A program made the translations under genes and the position numbers. From positions 57,233 to 89,232 of the forward strand of contig NZ_FMUX01000014.1 in assembly GCF_900101345.1 (NCBI RefSeq): a stretch of 32,000 nt of DNA. The letters are read 5' to 3'. Within the stretch, counting starts at the first letter, position 1, and each line of letters opens with the position of its first letter. Shown piece after piece: positions 16,617 to 24,093 of the stretch. The DNA is from Desulfoluna spongiiphila. Lineage in GTDB: Bacteria > Desulfobacterota > Desulfobacteria > Desulfobacterales > Desulfolunaceae. Under the pieces are notes generated by a model. That model made no database searches and had not been told where the DNA came from. It worked only from the letters and a program-made list of their open reading frames with translations.

Positions 16617-16904
16617 ATGAAAGATCTTCGGTACATCGACAACATGGCCACCCTTGAGCTTCACACCGACTTGTGCGTGGGGTGCGGCCTCTGCACCACC
16701 GTCTGCCCCCACGGCGTCTTTGCCCAGGAAGGCCCCAAGGCGCTCATCGCCGACGGAAACGGCTGCATGGAATGCGGGGCCTGCGCCCGGAATTGCCCGG
16801 TGGCAGCCATTTCCGTCAACCCCGGCGTGGGCTGCGCCGCCTACATCATCTCCGGCTGGATCAAAGGCAAGGATAACGCCTCCTGTGGGGGTGGGTGCTG
16901 TTGA
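16617..16904 (+). CDS. hgcB: mercury methylation ferredoxin HgcB (2x[4Fe-4S])
   Basis: 95 aa with AAGGAGG RBS. Two CxxCxxCxxxCP motifs (CVGCGLCTTVCP, CMECGACARNCP), a conserved mid Cys (GVGCAAY) and C-terminal ...SCGGGCC with the vicinal Cys pair typical of HgcB. Confidence 0.9.
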   Translation: MKDLRYIDNMATLELHTDLCVGCGLCTTVCPHGVFAQEGPKALIADGNGCMECGACARNCPVAAISVNPGVGCAAYIISGWIKGKDNASCGGGCC

Positions 16905-16980
16905 GGCCTAGGGGAAACGTTTTTTTATAATCAACGTCGGGGGGATGACAGAGCCACAGAGGGCGTAGGAAAAAAAGCAC

Positions 16981-17121
16981 GCCTCCGGCGGCAAGGTGGG
17001 GGCACCTTGAAACCTTATGGCGAATGCATGGAGGCCGTCGTTGTGCGGGCGTTGTCGGGGCATTCGCGTGAAGGATGACATTCGGCAACCGTCTCGGCAG
17101 GAGACACCCATGTCATTCTTC
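16981..17121 (-). repeat. variant structured element V1 (related to the R module, with three hairpins)
   Basis: Starts GCCTCCGGCGGCAAGGTGGGGGCACCTTG. Hairpins: CAAGGTG/CACCTTG (16992-17009), GCGAATGC/GCATTCGC (17020-17067), GAAGGATGACAT/ATGTCATTCTTC (17070-17121) enclosing GTCTC/GAGAC. Paralogous to 28572-28709. Confidence 0.85.
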
Positions 17122-17150
17122 TAAAAACATGATGTAACTATTCAGCTTAT

Positions 17151-17328
17151 GCCTCCGGCGTCCCTGTGGGGGGCTAAGCTTTTAAAAAGTTTGACAAATA
17201 GGTCATAAAAAACCGTCTGAACCAATGACGATTTATAAGCGGATGTGATTTGACCCGAGGCACGAGGGGCAAAACGCATTCGCAACCTGCTTTCAAGGTG
17301 GCACACCTTGCCGCCGGAGGCAGCTTTT
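17151..17328 (+). repeat. intergenic repeat, complete composite (L-rc plus R)
   Basis: GCCTCCGGCGTCCCTGTGGGGGGCTAAGCTTTTAAAAAGTTTGACAAATAGG...GCGGATGTGATTTGACCCGAGGCACGAGGGGCAAAACGCATTCGCAACCTGCTTTCAAGGTGGCACACCTTGCCGCCGGAGGC (17310-17321), then AGCTTTT. It abuts the stop codon of the TRIC gene. Confidence 0.92.
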
Positions 17329-17332
17329 ACGT

Positions 17333-17950
17333 TTACGCGTTTCCTTTATACAAAAGGAACCGTGGGTAGTAGAGATCCCAGTGGATGGAGGCGCATCGCA
17401 GGCCGAAGGCCAGGGCCAGGCCGTAGTAGCGGTTAAAGGGGTGGTCGGGTGCCAGGTGGAGGAGGACGCAGAAAAGGGACGCACCGAGGAGGGCGGGGGT
17501 GGCGTAGAACTCCCGGCCCAGGAGCAGGGGCATCTTGCCGGTGAGGATGTCGCGGATCATGCCCCCTGCGATGCCGGTGGTCAGGCCCATGAGGACGGCC
17601 ACCGGGTAGGAGAAGCCCAGCGAGAGGGCCTTTTCCGCGGCGGTGATGGTAAACAGGCACATGCCGAAGGAGTCGGCATAGAGAAAGAGGGTGTAGGTGT
17701 TGTTGACAAAGCGGATAAAGAAAAAGGCGATGAGGGCGGCGGCCACGGAGACCCAGAGGTAGGTCTCGTCCCCGATCCAGAAGATGGGGTTGGCGTCCAT
17801 GAGGATGTCCCGGATGGTCCCGCCGCCGAGGGCTGTCACCACCCCCAACAGGATGATGCTGAAAAGATCCATGTCTTTTTTGCCTGCGGCCACCACTCCC
17901 GTGACGGAGAAAGCAGCGATGCCCATCATGCCGATAAGATAGATGATCAT
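17333..17950 (-). CDS. trimeric intracellular cation channel (TRIC/UPF0126, YadS-like) family membrane protein
   Basis: ATG at 17950 (MIIYLIGMMGIAAFSVTGVVAAGKK), 205 aa. Duplicated glycine motifs ALGGGTIRDIL and GIAGGMIRDIL are characteristic of UPF0126. The 412-aa ORF-track extension overlaps arfB in another frame. Confidence 0.85.
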   Translation of the reverse strand: MIIYLIGMMGIAAFSVTGVVAAGKKDMDLFSIILLGVVTALGGGTIRDILMDANPIFWIGDETYLWVSVAAALIAFFFIRFVNNTYTLFLYADSFGMCLFTITAAEKALSLGFSYPVAVLMGLTTGIAGGMIRDILTGKMPLLLGREFYATPALLGASLFCVLLHLAPDHPFNRYYGLALAFGLRCASIHWDLYYPRFLLYKGNA

Positions 17951-17961
17951 GAGTCCATACC

Positions 17962-18378
17962 TTAATGGGAGACTTTTCCCCGTGTTTTTTTCAGGTCGCC
18001 GCGTTGGGTCTTGGCCTTGAGGCGTCTTTCCCGGGCATTTTTCGAGGGCCGGGTGGGGCGCCTTTTTTTCGGCGCCTTGGTCACGCTTTGGATCAGGCTG
18101 ATGAGTCGCTCCAGGGCGGCCTGCCGGTTCATCTCCCGGCTGCGGTGCTCCCGGGACTTGATGATCACGATGCCCTCGTCGGTGATGCGATGGTCGGTGA
18201 TGGCCAGGAGCCGCTCCTTGTAGACCTCCGGCAGGGAGGACGCCCGGATGTCGAACCGCAGGTGAATGGCCGTGGCCGAGGTGTTGACGTGCTGGCCACC
18301 GGGGCCCGATGCCTTGACTGCGGAGATCTCCACCTCGTCGTCGCCAAGGGAGAGCTGCTGTGAGATTATGATTGGCAA
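17962..18378 (-). CDS. arfB: alternative ribosome-rescue factor ArfB (YaeJ, peptidyl-tRNA hydrolase)
   Basis: 138 aa with GGQ motif (SGPGGQHVNTSATAIHLRFDIRASSLPEVYKERLL) and a basic C-terminal tail (KKRRPTRPSKNARERRLKAK...). In-frame TTG start lies 7-8 nt after AGGAG. Confidence 0.9.
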   Translation of the reverse strand: MPIIISQQLSLGDDEVEISAVKASGPGGQHVNTSATAIHLRFDIRASSLPEVYKERLLAITDHRITDEGIVIIKSREHRSREMNRQAALERLISLIQSVTKAPKKRRPTRPSKNARERRLKAKTQRGDLKKTRGKVSH

Positions 18379-18393
18379 AACATAGACTCCTGT

Positions 18394-19593
18394 TTATTCT
18401 TTTGCGCCGTGGTACCACGCCGCGATGGCTGCAGCCGCCTCGCTCGAATCGATGTTGGGTACGGTAAACAGGGGCGGGGCGTCCACGGCCTTGTAAACCT
18501 TGTCGTAGTAGTCCACCATCACCTCTTTGAGAAATCCGCGGTAGTCTCCCGCGTCGATGGCTGCACACCACCTCTCCACCGTCTCTTTTCCCACCCGCCG
18601 CGTGAGAAAGCGTACCGCCTCCTTGACCATCTCTTCCACCTCTTTGCCACCCTTGCCGAAATACTCTTTTTCCAGTCGGGCCAGCCGGGTCTCAAGGGGG
18701 CAGGTGAGGCCGATGTGCGTCTCCTTTGCAAGGGCCTTGCAGATGGACGGGGGCAGGTTGAACCGGCCGATTTTTTTGCTCTCCATCTCGGTGAGGAAGG
18801 GGGGCAGGCTGCCGTCGGCGTTTCGGTGCTGCAGGAGGTTGACGTAGAGGTTGGTCTCAAAGTCCCGCTGGCTCTTGGCCAGGGATTCCCCCATGAGGTT
18901 GAAGCGGATTTCGCCAAAGACCGAGGCGGCGTGGCCTGCCGCGGCCTCCAGGTGGAGGGCGGGCAGGTCCCGGTTGTTCGCCTGGATGTACTCCAGCAGC
19001 TCGGATTTTCCGCAGCCGGTCTGGCCGGAGAGGGGGTAGAGGGTGATCTCCTGTTCGTAGAGCATGGTGTGCACCTCTTTTCGGAAGGCCTTCTGGCCCC
19101 CGTTGAGGCGTACGGCGTCGATGCCGTTTTTGTTGAGCATGCTGGTGGTGTAGCGGCTTCGTCCCCCGCCGCGCCAGCAGTAGAGAATCACCGGGCCGCC
19201 CTGGGCCAGCTTCCGGACCTTTTCGAGGTAGGCCTCCTCTTTCTGTTTGGCCAGGTACCAGGCATAGGAGAGGGCCAGGTCCTTGTCGTGGCGCTTGTAG
19301 ATGAGCCCAACCTGATGGCGTTCCGTGTTGGTGAGGATGGGGATGTTCACGGCAAAGGGGAGGCGCTCCCGTTCAAACTCCGCCTCGGATCGCACGTCGA
19401 TGAGGGTGTACGGCCCTTTTTTCCCATGGGCGAAATCGGTGAGGATCTCCGTAAATCCGTCCTGGGGCATCACCCGTTCAATGGCGGCGATGTCCTTGAA
19501 GTGAACGTGGGGAAGATCCAAGGGGAGCACCTGCTTGAGCAGTGCGTCGAGCTCCTCCTTCTGGTCGTGGTTGTCGGTGTCGCTATGGGTCAT
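18394..19593 (-). CDS. selU: tRNA 2-selenouridine synthase (SelU/MnmH)
   Basis: 399 aa. Rhodanese-like domain with active-site loop YCWRGGGRS, then P-loop SGQTGCGKSELL. Architecture matches SelU. 15 nt upstream of arfB. Confidence 0.85.
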   Translation of the reverse strand: MTHSDTDNHDQKEELDALLKQVLPLDLPHVHFKDIAAIERVMPQDGFTEILTDFAHGKKGPYTLIDVRSEAEFERERLPFAVNIPILTNTERHQVGLIYKRHDKDLALSYAWYLAKQKEEAYLEKVRKLAQGGPVILYCWRGGGRSRYTTSMLNKNGIDAVRLNGGQKAFRKEVHTMLYEQEITLYPLSGQTGCGKSELLEYIQANNRDLPALHLEAAAGHAASVFGEIRFNLMGESLAKSQRDFETNLYVNLLQHRNADGSLPPFLTEMESKKIGRFNLPPSICKALAKETHIGLTCPLETRLARLEKEYFGKGGKEVEEMVKEAVRFLTRRVGKETVERWCAAIDAGDYRGFLKEVMVDYYDKVYKAVDAPPLFTVPNIDSSEAAAAIAAWYHGAKE

Positions 19594-19764
19594 GGGGGGT
19601 ATCCCTTTTGTCTTCGGTTGTATGGGTGACGGATGTCACCGCAAAACGAATCAAGGGGTGGGTGACGTTGCGATGGCTTCCTTATGTTTTTTTGTGCCCG
19701 CTTCTTATCAGAAAGAGGCCGGGGGATGCCACCTGAAAAAAAACGGCCTCCCCAGATGCCGGGG

Positions 19765-20418
19765 TCAGAGGGTCTGCCGCACCTCGTCCCAGAAGGCCAG
19801 GGCATGTTCCGGCAGGGTGGTGACGGGACGCCCCGTTGCCAGGGCGCTGTGGTAGACCTTGGCGATTTTTTCCAGGAATTCTGCGTTTCTCAGGGCCTGT
19901 TTAAGGGTCCCCCCTAAGTTTAAGGCGCCGTGGTTCTGCATGATAAAGCAGGCGCACCCGTTGGTGACGGCATTGCCCACCTGGGCGGCTAGGGCGTCGG
20001 TACCGCTGATGGCGTAAGGGATCACCGCCACCTGGTTGCCGATGTGCATGGTGATCTCGTCAAAGAGGGGCGGGATGGGGGTGTTGAGTACCGAGAAGAT
20101 GCTGGCGTGGAACTGGTGGGTATGGGCCACGGCACCTACGTCGGGGCGCTTTTCATAGATGGCGGCGTGCATGCCCGCTTCGATGGAGGGCTTCAGATCT
20201 CCTTCAATCCGGTTGAGGTCGAAGTCCAGAAGGCAGATGTCCTCGGCGGAGAGCTCGTTGTAGGGCACCGACGAGGGGGTGACGGCAAAACGGTTCTCGC
20301 CGGGGACCCGTGCGGAGACGTTGCCCCCTGAGCTGAGATGGGCGCCGAAGTAGTCGTTTTTCGAAAGCCAGAGGGCGGAATCCAGAACCTTCTGCCTGAT
20401 GTCGAGGGTCGAGTCCAT
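19765..20418 (-). CDS. class II aldolase/adducin-domain protein (fuculose-phosphate aldolase-like)
   Basis: ATG at 20418 (MDSTLDIRQKVLDSALWL...GGNVSARV); metal-binding region AVAHTHQFHAS. The longer ORF-track start at 20505 runs to the edge of the adjacent repeat copy (20507-20710). Confidence 0.8.
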   Translation of the reverse strand: MDSTLDIRQKVLDSALWLSKNDYFGAHLSSGGNVSARVPGENRFAVTPSSVPYNELSAEDICLLDFDLNRIEGDLKPSIEAGMHAAIYEKRPDVGAVAHTHQFHASIFSVLNTPIPPLFDEITMHIGNQVAVIPYAISGTDALAAQVGNAVTNGCACFIMQNHGALNLGGTLKQALRNAEFLEKIAKVYHSALATGRPVTTLPEHALAFWDEVRQTL

Positions 20419-20506
20419 TTTATGGTGATGCTCCTTGGCGCCACCCCGACGATGCCGGGATACGCTTGTGTTTATCTGGGGCGCAGTATGCGGCGTGAAA
20501 CACATC

Positions 20507-20710
20507 AGCTTATGCCTCCGGCGGCCCTGCCGGGGGCTAAACTTTTGCCTGATTAATAAAAAACGTGTTTAACAAACAGGCCTAAAAAAACTGCTTGAAT
20601 GCATTTCGCTTTAAAGGCGGATGTGCTTTGACCGGCGAGGGCCGGGGGGCAAAGCGCATCCGCAACCTGCTTTCAAGGTGGCATACCTTGCCGCCGGAGG
20701 CTGTTTTTTT
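20507..20710 (+). repeat. intergenic repeat, complete composite (L-rc plus R) in a divergent promoter region
   Basis: AGCTTATGCCTCCGGCGGCCCTGCCGGGGGCTAAACTTTTG...GTTTAACAAACAGG...GGCGGATGTGCTTTGACCGGCGAGGGCCGGGGGGCAAAGCGCATCCGCAACCTGCTTTCAAGGTGGCATACCTTGCCGCCGGAGGC (20690-20701), then TGTTTTTTT. Confidence 0.92.
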
Positions 20711-20881
20711 GTGCTGAATCGTTGCAAAACATTTTAGTATAGGCCCCTGGCATGGCACCGTAAAGAAGATTGTTGTGCGGGCTTGTCTCTGCAGGCGGAA
20801 TACGGTAAAAGTGGGGAATTTCTTTAAAATATCGATTTTATCGCAATAGGGCGGTCATCGTATCGCCCGGGGAGTGTCGTT

Positions 20882-22819
20882 ATGTTCGGATGGTGCGGTA
20901 CCGTGCTTCGTGTGGACCTGACCCATGGGACCCTGGAAAAAAAAGAGCTGGACCCCGGGGTGGCCAAGGCGTTTCTGGGCGGCCGCGGGCTCAACGCAAA
21001 GACCCTGTTTGACGAGGTGGGACCCGGCGTGGACCCTCTGGGGCCGGAAAACCTCCTCTGCTTTGCCACGGGGACCCTTACGGCAACGACCATGGGGCTC
21101 TCCAGCCGTCTCCACGTCAGCACCCTTTCACCCTACAGCGGGATCATGGGGGACGGCAACGTCGGAGGCTCCATGGCCAACGTCATGAAGCGTGCCGGGT
21201 ACGACCAGATCGTGGTGAAGGGCGCTTCCGAGGCCCCTGTCTATATGCTCATCGAAGACGAAAAGGTCTCCCTCCATGACGCAGGGGATCTCTGGGGCCT
21301 GGACACCTGGGCCACCACCGACATGCTGGTGGAACGCCACGGCAAGGGCGTGTGCGTGGCCTGCATCGGCCAGGCCGGAGAGAACCTGGTGCGTCTGGCC
21401 TCCACCATGGTGGACAAGTACGCCTCGGCCTCCCGGGGCAGCGGGGCGGTCTGGGGATCCAAAAACCTGAAAGCCATTGTGCTGAGAGGCACCGGGCGCC
21501 CTGAGCTTTTCGACCGGGCCGGTTTTCTGGCCCTGTCCAAGGAAGACAAGCGGTTCATGGCAGAAGACCGGGTGCAAAAAGAGGTGGCATCCGTCTACGG
21601 CTCCCACTACGGCATCACCCACTGGTACCCCGGGTACCGGAACTTTGAAAAGGAGCTTCCCCCCGAGGAGGTACCGGCCCAGATTCGGCACGACGCGTGG
21701 AAAGAGTACGAGATAGACCGCGTGGGTTGCCAGAGTTGCCACATCAAGTGCAAAAATATCTATAAAATTCCCAAGGGAGAGCGAAAAGGGGAGGTGGGGG
21801 AAGGTCTGGAATACGAGGCCGTCTACTGCCTCGGCACCAACTGCGGGGTGGAAGACCCTGTTGCCATCATGGAGATGGAGAATCTCTGCGACGCCTACGG
21901 GGTGGACGTCATCGCCATCGGCAACACCATCGCCCTGGCCAAGGACCTCTACAACCGGGGCATCATCGACGACCAGGTCACCTGCGGCCTGGATCTCTCC
22001 TGGGAGAACGCAGAAGACCAGGTGGAGCTGGTCCATAAGACCGTCATGAGGGAAGGTTTCGGTAACCTCATCGCCGAAGGTATGTACTCTCTGGCCAAGA
22101 TCATCGGAAACGGGGCCATGGATTACTGCTACCACACCAAAGGTCTGGGACGCGGGGTCTATCCCGCAGGCCTGTTTACCCTGGCCCACGCCATTGCCAC
22201 CCGCGGAGCGGATCACCTGCGCGGCCGAAGCTGGTCCTGTGGGGAGAACTCCGATGAAGACGTGCTCAAGGACCTCATGGCCAAAGGGATCATCACCGAC
22301 GATCCCGTACACTCCATGATCCACGGGGAGCGGGTGACGACCCTTGCCGATACCATCGGCCGCTGCAAAGGGGCCGTCAACACCTGGACCTGCGCCTTGC
22401 CCCTCATCTGGAAAGGGTCCCTTTTTGACGGATTGGCCGACATGCTCACCAAGGCCACGGGCATCCCCTACACCGGTACCATGGTGGAGGAGGTCTCCGA
22501 CCGCATCGGGGCCGTGGAACGGGCCTTTAACGCCCGCCAGGGCATCACCATCAACGATGACATGCTGCCCCAGCGCCCCGATTTCAAACAGACCCCCGAA
22601 GGGGCCAAGGAGCGGGAAGCCCACATGGCCCTGGTCCGGTCCTGGTACGAAGAGAACGGCTACGCCCCGGAAACCGGGCTGCCCACGGCCGAGACCTGCC
22701 GTCGCCTGGGCATTGGCGACGTGGCTGATACCCTGGCCGGTGAGGGTCCCTACAGCACCTGGGACGGCCCCCTCTTGATGGACCTGGACGCATACCCCAA
22801 GGGTGGAAAGCGGGTTTAG
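20882..22819 (+). CDS. aor: aldehyde:ferredoxin oxidoreductase family (tungsten/molybdopterin) enzyme
   Basis: 645 aa. N-terminal GWCGTVLRVDLTHGTLEKKELDPGVAKAFLGGRGLNAKTLF is the canonical AOR N-domain. GSGAVWGSKNLKAIV, and a Cys cluster CQSCHIKC for the [4Fe-4S]. Confidence 0.9.
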   Translation: MFGWCGTVLRVDLTHGTLEKKELDPGVAKAFLGGRGLNAKTLFDEVGPGVDPLGPENLLCFATGTLTATTMGLSSRLHVSTLSPYSGIMGDGNVGGSMANVMKRAGYDQIVVKGASEAPVYMLIEDEKVSLHDAGDLWGLDTWATTDMLVERHGKGVCVACIGQAGENLVRLASTMVDKYASASRGSGAVWGSKNLKAIVLRGTGRPELFDRAGFLALSKEDKRFMAEDRVQKEVASVYGSHYGITHWYPGYRNFEKELPPEEVPAQIRHDAWKEYEIDRVGCQSCHIKCKNIYKIPKGERKGEVGEGLEYEAVYCLGTNCGVEDPVAIMEMENLCDAYGVDVIAIGNTIALAKDLYNRGIIDDQVTCGLDLSWENAEDQVELVHKTVMREGFGNLIAEGMYSLAKIIGNGAMDYCYHTKGLGRGVYPAGLFTLAHAIATRGADHLRGRSWSCGENSDEDVLKDLMAKGIITDDPVHSMIHGERVTTLADTIGRCKGAVNTWTCALPLIWKGSLFDGLADMLTKATGIPYTGTMVEEVSDRIGAVERAFNARQGITINDDMLPQRPDFKQTPEGAKEREAHMALVRSWYEENGYAPETGLPTAETCRRLGIGDVADTLAGEGPYSTWDGPLLMDLDAYPKGGKRV

Positions 22820-22883
22820 AGAGCGCGACGGGCGATCTGGAACACCTGATTAAAAGAAGCCTTCTATGGTTAAAGTTGGGTAG

Positions 22884-23030
22884 AAAAAGTTTGCCTCCGG
22901 CGGCGAGGTGAGCCATCTTGAAAGCTGGTTGCGGATGTGACCCAGGCTGGACGGAATCTGTTTAAAAAAAACTGTTTATTAAACTTTTTAAAAGTTTAGC
23001 CCCCGGCAGGGCCGCCGGAGGCATCGCTTT
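22884..23030 (-). repeat. intergenic repeat, composite in reverse orientation (R-rc with deleted hairpin A, plus L)
   Basis: AAAAAGTTTGCCTCCGGCGGCGAGGTGAGCCATCTTGAAAGCTGGTTGCGGATGTGA...CTGTTTATTAAACTTTTTAAAAGTTTAGCCCCCGGCAGGGCCGCCGGAGGC (23011-23022), then ATCGCTTTT. Confidence 0.9.
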
Positions 23031-23056
23031 TGTGCCTTGTATTTTTGCGCCGCCCT

Positions 23057-23224
23057 TTACAGCAGCCGTTTGTCGTCGGGGATGTCGCAGGTGGTGTTGG
23101 CGTTGCATTGGGAGCATCCGCCACTGCACCCGCTCTTTTTCCCGGTGAAGGTGTGGTAGAGGGACCGCACAAAAAAGAAAAAAGCGGCGGCCACCACCAG
23201 GATGACGATGAGTGTGTCGAGCAT
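23057..23224 (-). CDS. small FeoB-associated Cys-rich membrane protein (55 aa), absent from the ORF track
   Basis: Manual translation of the minus strand gives MLDTLIVILVVAAAFFFFVRSLYHTFTGKKSGCSGGCSQCNANTTCDIPDDKRLL then TAA. One TM helix followed by a CxxxCxxC cluster, the layout of the FeoB-associated Cys-rich family. Divergent from feoAB. Confidence 0.65.
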   Translation of the reverse strand: MLDTLIVILVVAAAFFFFVRSLYHTFTGKKSGCSGGCSQCNANTTCDIPDDKRLL

Positions 23225-23744
23225 GGAATCGACCTCTTATTTATGAGGTGTTGCGATACATGGGCGGATAAGCCCGGGGGCGGGGGCCGCCCCTTTGCAC
23301 CCCCTGCGGGTGCACCAGAAAGATAGGGCGTGCGCGGGGGGGTGTCAATGCAAAAAGTTAGGCTCACCGAAAAGTATTTTGTAAAAAAAGAAGAGTTCCT
23401 GATTGTCCAGGTAGGTTGTTTTTATGTTTAACAGACTGAAATAATATCTTTATCTACGCCTCTGTCTTCGTGACGAGGTATCGTTGAAGGTCTGAAATCG
23501 TTGAAAAAAAGAGTTGCATGGGGTGAGACGGTGTGCTATCAACCCCATAAAAACTTTGGCTTGCCAAAAAGAAGGCTTCCCGAAGGACACCGTGAGGCCA
23601 TCGTTCCCCGAAGGCACCTCCCCGCAGACAAGATGCGGCAGGCAAGCAGGTCGGGGGCGCCTGTTCCGGCAGTTGGATCAGGCAGCGGCGGCGTGGGGCA
23701 TGATGTCCCGTTTTATCTTTTCTTAACGGCAGTGTGATGCTGGC

Positions 23745-24002
23745 ATGAGTGAGGCAACAATGGCAGAAATGATGAGTTTGCGTAAGATGAAGGTGGATCA
23801 GAAAGGCGTGATCCGCATGGTGACCGGAGACGGAGAACTGGGCCGCAGGATTCGGGACATGGGTATCGTTCCCAACACCGAGTTCATGGTGGTGGGCAAG
23901 GCCCCCTTAAAAGACCCCGTGGCCATCCGCTTGAGGGATTTTACCCTCACCCTTCGAAACAGCGAAGCGGACTTTATTTTCGTGGATGCCCTGGAAGGGT
24001 AG
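23745..24002 (+). CDS. feoA: ferrous iron transport protein FeoA
   Basis: 85 aa SH3-like FeoA pattern: KGVIRMVTGDGELGRRIRDMGIVPNTEFMVVGKAPLKDPVAIRLRDFTLTLR. The exact start is uncertain because there are several in-frame ATGs. Confidence 0.85.
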   Translation: MSEATMAEMMSLRKMKVDQKGVIRMVTGDGELGRRIRDMGIVPNTEFMVVGKAPLKDPVAIRLRDFTLTLRNSEADFIFVDALEG

Positions 24003-24093
24003 CTCCGGTGGTCCGGCAAAGGCGGCCCCTTGACTTAATAAGGCCGGCCTGGACCCATGCATTGACATCTTACACAGGTAAATAGAACTGATC

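Noticed and set aside
17333-18571. 412-aa ORF in the track spanning the TRIC gene and running through arfB.
   Set aside because: Only the last 205 aa (from ATG 17950) look like a membrane protein. The upstream 207 aa are Arg/Pro/Gly-rich and overlap the well-supported arfB and selU 3' end in another frame.
23437-23455. AT-rich stretch TGAAATAATATCTTTATCT upstream of feoA considered as a Fur box.
   Set aside because: Few positions match the 19-bp GATAATGATAATCATTATC consensus in any register and it has no dyad symmetry. It needs a PWM scan before any call.
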